DNA of 64,000 bases, taken from positions 96,001 through 160,000 of the forward strand of contig JAYZEG010000062.1 of assembly GCA_036337435.1 (NCBI GenBank), read 5' to 3'. Below, one piece after another: positions 57,502 to 64,000 of the stretch. The notes beneath the pieces were generated by a model, which saw only the letters and a program-made list of their open reading frames with translations, did not search any database and was not told the DNA's origin. Within the stretch, counting starts at the first letter, position 1; each line of letters opens with the position of its first letter. The position numbers and the translations under genes are program-made. Source of the stretch: Myxococcota bacterium (GTDB lineage: Bacteria; Myxococcota_A; Bradymonadia; UBA7976; UBA1532).

Positions 57502-59220
57502 TTAGGTGCCTTCCTCGAGATTCTTTGCGCCAAGGGACATTGAAACTCGATACGTCAGCCACAAAACGACCAATAAGATGAGCGTACAACCAACCATCCA
57601 ACTCAGCCGATTATATGAAGGCACCGTGTTGTATGCCAAGAAATCGCGAATTCCAAGGAGCATTGGTGCGCTAAGCGTCGCTGTCAGAATCAGTAAAGAA
57701 GCACCTAATAACATGAAAAAAACACCACCAATGCTGCTGGCAATTCGTGTGGGGTTGTCCAGATGAAATGCGGGCCAAAGGGCACCTAGGCCAACGGCCA
57801 TGCCGACAAGACTCAAGGTCGTTAGAGTGGCGATAACGACAGAAAATAAGAGCATCCAAGTAGGCAAATCTGTGATCCACCCGCTGCCTAAGGCCAGGAT
57901 GACACTTAAAATAACCAACGGCCCACTGCCCCAAACGACTTTTGCCCAGAGCAAAGTTTGTGCAGGAAAGGGAGCAACACGGACGGTCCAAAACGCTTTG
58001 CCCTCAAGACTGATCGCTGGAAAGAGAAATCGAACAGCCAGGGTTGTCACCACCAGGCCGCTCAACGCGTAATTGACAAAGAAGATGCCGACGGAGTTGA
58101 TTATCTTCGCATCTTGAAGTGACCGAAAATGTTTAAAATTAAACAAGTAAACGATCACTAACGCACCGATAAGTAGAAGCTGTGTCCACTGGGACGTGGT
58201 CCTGAAAAACAGTCGATTGTCTCTGGCGATCAGTGATTTTAGAGGACCGTTCGGATAGGTCATTATAAACCAAGCTGCTTTGACGGATCCATCGTCTCGC
58301 TGCTGGTTTTGCCGGCCCATTTGTGCTGTGTCGTACGCTCTCAAATAGATACTCTTCGACACCCAAGCACTCAGTGCAAGGCACGAGATCGCTCCGGAGA
58401 GCAGCGTGATTAATGGTAATAGGACTTGGTTTGATTGGCCTTTAGCGAGCGCGAGTAATGCCTCAAGTGACCAGGTTGTTGGCACAAATACGTTTTCGCC
58501 CCCACCCAGTCCGGAAATCAAGGACACGAGATCTTCAAATCCGTCAGGTTGTAGGAAACGTTCGGGCTCTGCGAGCCTGAAGGCCACGTAAAGAAAAAGA
58601 AATCCGACTACGGCCAGGACAATGAGTACATCTCGTGTCTTCTTAGCGGGAAGCCATGTTGCTAAAGAAAGAGTTGCCAAGCATCCCAACGCTGTTGCCA
58701 TCACAGTGAAGGGGAATAAGACGATTGGGATGCCCATGTAAAACCACCACGGCGCGTCTAGTACGGGGCCAACAGCCGCAAAAACAGGCACACCAAAAAC
58801 CAAAACCATCCATGATGATTGGGACCATGTGAAGACGAGGCGAGTCAGGAATAATCGACCGCTTGGTATTGGAGAAGACATCAATAATGTCAGATCATCG
58901 GCGAGCAAGAGCGTTGTAAAGCCTGCGATCAAATTTGAGAAAAGAAGCAAGCCGAAAAAGAAAACCAATATGATGTCTAGGGTGCGTCGAATCAGAATTT
59001 CAGCGAGGAATTCTGCTTGTAGAAATTGGCCAAATAACCAGTATGCACCAGCACCAGTCAGCCCCATAAATCCGATGCCCAGGATGGCAAAGAAAAAGAG
59101 TCTCAGCCGTTCTTTCGATCGGCCGGCCTTTGATTGGTTGACCAATCCACGTAATGCGGGCCAGATTAAATGCGAAAAACCCCTCAGCGGTGGAGGATAT
59201 CCTTGTGTTTCTCTCGTCAT
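57502..59220 (-). CDS. Putative ABC exporter permease (about 14 TM)
   Basis: DLTLLMSSPI, RDNRLFFR..QWTQL, RFLFPAISLEGKAFW, LLWAK motifs of long ABC-2-associated permeases. Confidence 0.85.
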   Translation of the reverse strand: MTRETQGYPPPLRGFSHLIWPALRGLVNQSKAGRSKERLRLFFFAILGIGFMGLTGAGAYWLFGQFLQAEFLAEILIRRTLDIILVFFFGLLLFSNLIAGFTTLLLADDLTLLMSSPIPSGRLFLTRLVFTWSQSSWMVLVFGVPVFAAVGPVLDAPWWFYMGIPIVLFPFTVMATALGCLATLSLATWLPAKKTRDVLIVLAVVGFLFLYVAFRLAEPERFLQPDGFEDLVSLISGLGGGENVFVPTTWSLEALLALAKGQSNQVLLPLITLLSGAISCLALSAWVSKSIYLRAYDTAQMGRQNQQRDDGSVKAAWFIMTYPNGPLKSLIARDNRLFFRTTSQWTQLLLIGALVIVYLFNFKHFRSLQDAKIINSVGIFFVNYALSGLVVTTLAVRFLFPAISLEGKAFWTVRVAPFPAQTLLWAKVVWGSGPLVILSVILALGSGWITDLPTWMLLFSVVIATLTTLSLVGMAVGLGALWPAFHLDNPTRIASSIGGVFFMLLGASLLILTATLSAPMLLGIRDFLAYNTVPSYNRLSWMVGCTLILLVVLWLTYRVSMSLGAKNLEEGT

Positions 59221-59988
59221 CTACGCTGCCGTGTATCCACCGTCAATAATGATTGATTGTCCGGTCAAATAGGCGGACTCATCGGAGGCTAGAAAAACAG
59301 CTGTACCTGCGATTTCATCGGGCTGACCAAATCGCCCAAGGGCCGCACGGTCGGTGTATGATTTGGAAAACTCTGGATTATCAGTCAACAGTGATGCCAG
59401 TTTGGTTGCAACGAGGCCAGGGCAGATTGCATTGACTCTAATGTCAGCTTGGCCGAGCTCCAAAGCGAGTGTTTTCGTCATCGATACAAGGGCTGATTTA
59501 GTGAGCCCGTACACGCCTTGTAATGGTGACCCCAGGTGACCTTGGATCGATGCAATGTTGATGATTGACCCACCTTTTCCGGCGTCTAGAAGAGATTTGG
59601 CAACGCACCGTGTCGCCCAAAAAGGGCCCTTTAGATTTACGTCGAACGTTTTGTCCCAAAGTACGTCGGGTGCATCGAGCAATGGTCCAAAGTATGGACT
59701 GGTTCCTGCGTTGTTCACCAAAATGTCAGGCGTGCCGATAGCCTCTCTCATTCGCGCGTAGGTTGTCTCGACATCCGATTGGCGACCGGTATGGCAACTG
59801 TATGCCCGAACGGGTCTTTGGTGAGACTCAGACAGTGTTTCGGCCACTTTGAGAATGGCATCGTGCTTGCGTGATGAAATAGCACATACTGCGCCTTCGG
59901 CCACAAAAGCGTCGGCGATCGCGAGGCCAATACCTCGGCTTGCGCCATTTATCCACGCGACCTTGCCGTCGAGACGACCCGCCATCAT
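59221..59988 (-). CDS. Short-chain dehydrogenase/reductase (DHRS4-like)
   Basis: GASRGIG, NNAG, YGLTK (YxxxK), VNAICPG. Confidence 0.95.
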   Translation of the reverse strand: MMAGRLDGKVAWINGASRGIGLAIADAFVAEGAVCAISSRKHDAILKVAETLSESHQRPVRAYSCHTGRQSDVETTYARMREAIGTPDILVNNAGTSPYFGPLLDAPDVLWDKTFDVNLKGPFWATRCVAKSLLDAGKGGSIINIASIQGHLGSPLQGVYGLTKSALVSMTKTLALELGQADIRVNAICPGLVATKLASLLTDNPEFSKSYTDRAALGRFGQPDEIAGTAVFLASDESAYLTGQSIIIDGGYTAA

Positions 59989-60068
59989 TTTCTCCTCAAC
60001 CCAGCTATCAGTGCTTGGGACTTGACTTAAAATCTTGTTTCGTGACCATAGAGGCGGCCGAGACGTGT

Positions 60069-60659
60069 ATGCCCGATGTCTGGTGCCGCCAAATTAAACG
60101 GAGTTCCTCTTTGTTACGATTGCCGATACGCCAAGCCTTCACCGCTTTCGCTTTTCTGTTCGTTTGTACCACATCTCAGTTAAATGCACAGAGTCCAAGC
60201 GCGACGGGCAGCGCAGACAGCCCAGCGAACCGTGGTCAACTCGATAAAGTGGCCCAGCGGGTGAGTCGGCTGTCGGACCAAATGAACAGCCCTTATTGCA
60301 AGGGCAAGACCCTCAAGACCTGTACGAGTCCCAATGCGGCGACGTTGAGGCGTGAAATAGAAGTGATGATGAGGCGTGGTCTATCCGACGACGAGGTGAT
60401 CAAACAGCTACAAGTTCGCTTTCCGGAAACAACGCTCAGCAACCCCGAACAACCCTGGTACACATTTTTTGTGCCATTTTTTCCGTATATTTTTGGCGCG
60501 AGCATCATTTTGGTCGTGCTGATGGCTTGGCGACGGGGTGATCAACCAGAACGAGTCGCGATGGCCGACGTTGACACGGAGACTTCTGGCCGAGGCACCA
60601 ATGAAGAGAGAGAAGACAGATTGGCCAGATTGCGGTCACGTGTGCATGGCGATGATTGA
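60069..60659 (+). CDS. ccmH: Cytochrome c-type biogenesis protein CcmH-like
   Basis: SPYCKGKTLKTCTS, LRREI...GLSDDEVI, then a TM helix. Start uncertain. Confidence 0.75.
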   Translation: MPDVWCRQIKRSSSLLRLPIRQAFTAFAFLFVCTTSQLNAQSPSATGSADSPANRGQLDKVAQRVSRLSDQMNSPYCKGKTLKTCTSPNAATLRREIEVMMRRGLSDDEVIKQLQVRFPETTLSNPEQPWYTFFVPFFPYIFGASIILVVLMAWRRGDQPERVAMADVDTETSGRGTNEEREDRLARLRSRVHGDD

Positions 60660-60686
60660 AGATTGCCAAAGAGAAGGAGCATAGAG

Positions 60687-61286
60687 ATGAGATCGATTTT
60701 ATTAATGAGTGTTTGTTTTGGTATCGTCGCTTGCCAAAAGAAGGCGGATGACGCGACCAAACAACCTGCTGTGAGCGCAAAAAAGGGCCAGCTGACCCAG
60801 GCTCCCGTCCAGAAAGCCACCATCAAGCCCAGACCCAATCCACATGCGCAAAAACCGACGTCGATGCCGACGTCAATGCCGACGTCAATGCCAACCTCGA
60901 TGCCATCCAAGCCAACGGGTCAGAGTGGCGCGATTGAGGGGACGATTTCCCTCGCTCCAGGCCTTGAGAAAAATGTGCGTGCGGGGCAAACCCTGTTCAT
61001 CTCTGTTCGCCAGGACGCAGGTGAAGGGAAGAAAGGAATGATGCTTGCCGCGCAGAAGGTCGACGTGACAGGTCCCCAGATCTTCCCACTCAAGTATCGG
61101 GTGAGCGGACGTGATGTTATGATGCAGGGCACTGTGCTTGCCGGTCCAATTCGCGTTTACGCCCGAATCGATCAAGACGGCGATGCGATGAGTAAGCAGC
61201 CTGGAGATCTGACTGGGTTTGTCCAAGGGGTCCGAAAAGTCGGTGACAAAGGCGTCGACATGCTCCTTGATTTCATCATTAAGTAG
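60687..61286 (+). CDS. Lipoprotein with a CcmI/CycH C-terminal Ig-like domain
   Basis: AAGGAG RBS; lipobox IVAC; TLFISVR...LAA...FPL...DVMM...VYARIDQDGDAM..PGDL. Confidence 0.8.
   Translation: MRSILLMSVCFGIVACQKKADDATKQPAVSAKKGQLTQAPVQKATIKPRPNPHAQKPTSMPTSMPTSMPTSMPSKPTGQSGAIEGTISLAPGLEKNVRAGQTLFISVRQDAGEGKKGMMLAAQKVDVTGPQIFPLKYRVSGRDVMMQGTVLAGPIRVYARIDQDGDAMSKQPGDLTGFVQGVRKVGDKGVDMLLDFIIK
60855..60902 (+). repeat. Four 12-bp in-frame tandem repeats encoding (PTSM)4
   Basis: ccgacgtcgatg / ccgacgtcaatg / ccgacgtcaatg / ccaacctcgatg. Confidence 0.92.
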
Positions 61287-61875
61287 TCTCGAATTCTTTT
61301 TTTTCGAGGTGGGCTTGGGGTGAATACCCAAGCTCTTTCGCGGACTCGATGTCGTTCATATTGTAGAACGCCGCCGGATTGTCGGCCCTCAGCCAATCTA
61401 CCCTCAAACCGCCGAGCAGTTCTTTGAAACTTACATCGTCGTTGCGAACTCGCTCAAGGAGCTCCAGTCCGATTGTGCTGCGCCATAAACTGACCAGATA
61501 TTGGGGGTGTCCATCTGCTCGGTAAAGGCGCACGTCGACTTTTGAACATGGGTGGAGTCCATCCAGTGTGTCTTTCTCAATACAGGGCAGGTCGCAGGCC
61601 AAGACCCGGACCCACTCGGTTTTAGCGGCGAGCAGTGCCGTCACCAGTGCGCCCGGCGCCCCTTTTCCAATGACTTTATCTTCGATAATCGGCAGGCCAA
61701 GCCCTAGATAAGGTGCTTTCTCATTCCCGACCAGAAAAGTGGACTCCCGATCACACAAACTGACCGTTCTCTCTATGACCGAGACGCCGTTGCGAGTGAA
61801 CAGGGCCTTTCTTAGGCCTCCCATACGCTGTGCGCGACCGCCCATCAAAATTGCCGTTGAGATCTCTTGAGCCAC
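61279..61875 (-). CDS. mobA: Molybdenum cofactor guanylyltransferase
   Basis: ILMGGRAQRMGG..KA, LACDLP, FYNMN. Confidence 0.85.
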   Translation of the reverse strand: MAQEISTAILMGGRAQRMGGLRKALFTRNGVSVIERTVSLCDRESTFLVGNEKAPYLGLGLPIIEDKVIGKGAPGALVTALLAAKTEWVRVLACDLPCIEKDTLDGLHPCSKVDVRLYRADGHPQYLVSLWRSTIGLELLERVRNDDVSFKELLGGLRVDWLRADNPAAFYNMNDIESAKELGYSPQAHLEKKEFETT

Positions 61876-61883
61876 AGTGATCG

Positions 61884-62600
61884 CTACACTTTGCCTGCAG
61901 CAAAATCGTGGAGGAAGTTTCTCATGATGAGTCGACCTGTCGATACAGGCTTAAGGGATTTCAAAAGGTGAGACGCATGACCTGGGCCAAATTCAGAATC
62001 GATCGCCTCGGCCCGAACTGTGATGTAATGCCCGATAATGTCCACATCGAATTCTGGATGCCACTGAACAGTTCTGGTTCGTTTACCGATGGCCATCGCT
62101 TGATTTTCAGTATTTTCGTTCGATGCGATAATCGTCCCAACGCTCGGCGGCTCTAGGACGGCATCAACATGGGTTTGTATGACCGGGAACGACCGTGGTA
62201 ATCCCTCAAAAATTGGGTCTTCGCCGTTCTGGGTGACGACTGAAATGCCGATCTCTCGTCCTGCTGGATTGACGCCTACAGTGCCACCGAGGCAGTCACC
62301 GATCAATTGGTGTCCATAACAGATCCCGAGAGTCGGGATTCCTGCGTTGACAACCTCTGTCATAAATCGTCCCGACGCAACGGACCAGTCCTCATAATCC
62401 ACCACGCAATGTGCACTGCCACTCACGATCAGTGCATCGACATTGTGTGGATGTGGCAGAGTCTCACCTCCAACGGCATCGACAACGTGGAAGCGGTCGG
62501 GTGACCACCCTGCCAGTTGTGCATACCAAAGGTCGAAATCACCTCGCCTTGCAGCGAGTTCGGGCATCGTATGCCCTGTCATGAGGATTACAGGTTTCAT
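61884..62600 (-). CDS. Class I glutamine amidotransferase (stand-alone)
   Basis: IVSGS, LGICYGHQL, QWHPE catalytic triad motifs. Confidence 0.92.
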   Translation of the reverse strand: MKPVILMTGHTMPELAARRGDFDLWYAQLAGWSPDRFHVVDAVGGETLPHPHNVDALIVSGSAHCVVDYEDWSVASGRFMTEVVNAGIPTLGICYGHQLIGDCLGGTVGVNPAGREIGISVVTQNGEDPIFEGLPRSFPVIQTHVDAVLEPPSVGTIIASNENTENQAMAIGKRTRTVQWHPEFDVDIIGHYITVRAEAIDSEFGPGHASHLLKSLKPVSTGRLIMRNFLHDFAAGKV

Positions 62601-62742
62601 TTCATTAGCATGAGTGAGTCTTTGCCTTTGATCAAACCGTTATCTCAATTAGACGTTTAACGCGCCGTACTTTGTAGTCGTAAATTGACGGGATATCGGT
62701 GTATTTTTGCTTCGGTCATCCACGGCCTGATGGTGAGATTAC

Positions 62743-63507
62743 GTGACTGATATCGGTCTATCGGTGGGTTTTTTGCTTGTACTCGGTGGTGTTTTTGCAG
62801 GCTACGTGAACGCAGTTGCTGGTGGTGGATCGGCGCTAACAATTCCCCTTTTCATGTATTGTGGATTAGATGCATCCCTCGCAAACGGAACCAATCGTGT
62901 CTCGGTGGGAATCCAGGCACTTTCGGCCAACTTATCCTTTAAGAAAGCGGGGGTTAAGACGGACAAAGCCGTCTTATGGCCCATTGTTTGGGTGATCATC
63001 GGTGCCACTCTTGGTGCATTCGTTGCCGTTTTGCTTCCCGCTGATTTTCTCAACATTGTGTTCTCGATCATCTTCCTCGTCTTGGCAGCCGTAATTGCCC
63101 GGGGCCCTGCACTCCTAAATCCGCCAAAGAGCACGGCCAACAGACATCCGTGGAGCACGGCCATCAGTTATACCCTTATCGGGGCTTATGGGGGGGCTTT
63201 TCAGGCTGGAGTTGGCGTTCCTTTACTCTTGGCACTCGTTCAATTGGGTGGGTTAGATGTGATCAAGGGGAATGCATTTAAAGCCCTGATCATTTTTGTT
63301 TACACAGCCATTGTTTTGTTGATTTTTAACGGCGTCGGCCAGGTCGTCTGGTTACCAGGTCTCTTGGTTGGAATGGGTGGCGTTTTTGGCAGTGTGATCG
63401 GTGCCAGTCATGTGATTTCTAAGGGGTCGAATTTAGTGAGATGGGTGGTCATTATCATCTTATCAATCTCCGGTCTCAGAGGTCTTTGGACTGGATTGAT
63501 TCACTGA
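62743..63507 (+). CDS. Sulfite exporter TauE/SafE family protein
   Basis: AGYVNAVAGGGS, ANGTNR, YGGAFQAGVG; about 8 TM helices. Confidence 0.9.
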   Translation: MTDIGLSVGFLLVLGGVFAGYVNAVAGGGSALTIPLFMYCGLDASLANGTNRVSVGIQALSANLSFKKAGVKTDKAVLWPIVWVIIGATLGAFVAVLLPADFLNIVFSIIFLVLAAVIARGPALLNPPKSTANRHPWSTAISYTLIGAYGGAFQAGVGVPLLLALVQLGGLDVIKGNAFKALIIFVYTAIVLLIFNGVGQVVWLPGLLVGMGGVFGSVIGASHVISKGSNLVRWVVIIILSISGLRGLWTGLIH

Positions 63508-63596
63508 ACCTAAGCAAGACTTAGCCGTGAACACTTGACAGGGTAGCGTTGAGCGCTTACCAATTCGGCCGCGCATATGTGGACACGGAGGCATCG

Positions 63597-63830
63597 ATGC
63601 CGATTTATAAATACCGCTGTCAGACCTGTGGAGAAGTGACCGAAGTCATTGCCAAGATGTCGGATAAACCGCCAACCGAATGCAAATCCTGCGGTTCAGC
63701 CAAGCTCGAAAAAATCGTCGCGCGCACCGCGTTCCGATTGTCTGGTGGCGGTTGGTATGCTCACGGGTATGACGGTGCGTCCAATTCTACGACAGCCGTT
63801 TCGAGCAGCGACACGTCAAGCGATGATTAG
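63597..63830 (+). CDS. FmdB family zinc-ribbon protein
   Basis: GGAGG RBS; MPIYKYRCQTCG...CKSCG...FRLSGGGWY. Confidence 0.9.
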   Translation: MPIYKYRCQTCGEVTEVIAKMSDKPPTECKSCGSAKLEKIVARTAFRLSGGGWYAHGYDGASNSTTAVSSSDTSSDD

Positions 63831-64000
63831 TCGCGTCTTAGGCGTGACTCTGGCGTTCATCATGTCCCTCGGTTGCGGCTCATCAACCCAGAGTGAACAA
63901 TCTCTTTGTGGATCTGGAGACGCACGGTTATCGATTGGGACTGGCGATCCCATGGTCGCTCTGGCCGACGAAGGGATTGCAGTCGAAGAAGGTCTACAGG
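63823..64000 (+). CDS. Partial lipoprotein, runs off the window
   Basis: Hand translation MISRVLGVTLAFIMSLGCGSSTQ...LSIGTG...EEGLQ; lipobox SLGC; overlaps the FmdB stop. Confidence 0.6.
   Translation, partial: MISRVLGVTLAFIMSLGCGSSTQSEQSLCGSGDARLSIGTGDPMVALADEGIAVEEGLQ

Noticed and set aside
1..64000. CRISPR arrays, IS elements, prophage genes, rRNA/tRNA/tmRNA/RNase P, and the many short overlapping ORFs in the track
   Set aside because: No spaced direct-repeat array, transposase or integrase motif, or structural-RNA signature was seen by eye. The short ORFs lie within or antisense to well-supported genes.

Overview
Gene-dense, mostly housekeeping bacterial chromosomal segment of about 50 CDS. 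I found no rRNA, tRNA, CRISPR array, transposase or integrase. Several genes point to a Myxococcota-like (deltaproteobacterial, probably gliding) organism; this is inferred from a RomR-like polarity protein, an AgmX/GltJ-like zinc-ribbon/GYF protein, many Cys-rich lipoproteins and an atypical CcmH. Recognisable core genes are tamB/tamA-like, dapA, dapB, add, msrB, rseP, clpS, clpA, sfsA, flagellin, pcnB, ssb, deoC, ccmH and mobA. The most unusual signals are: (1) a 78-aa free-standing protein resembling the N-terminal winged-helix segment of GyrA/ParC; (2) directly downstream of it, a 1247-aa fusion of a PAP2/IPC-synthase-like domain, a multi-TM domain and a spermidine-synthase-like domain; (3) DeoC carrying a likely microcompartment encapsulation peptide; (4) an unannotated 34-aa membrane peptide with its own canonical promoter and RBS; (5) a secreted protein with a cationic CX3C-X8-CX3C hairpin and three 6-Cys repeats; (6) an orphan flagellin with a sigma70-like promoter; (7) a sigma54-type promoter and candidate enhancer upstream of an ECF sigma factor; (8) a partial Schlafen/AlbA_2 protein at the left edge. 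All family assignments come from reading motifs by eye, not from database searches. Several start codons were moved downstream of the ORF-track starts using RBS and signal-peptide evidence.
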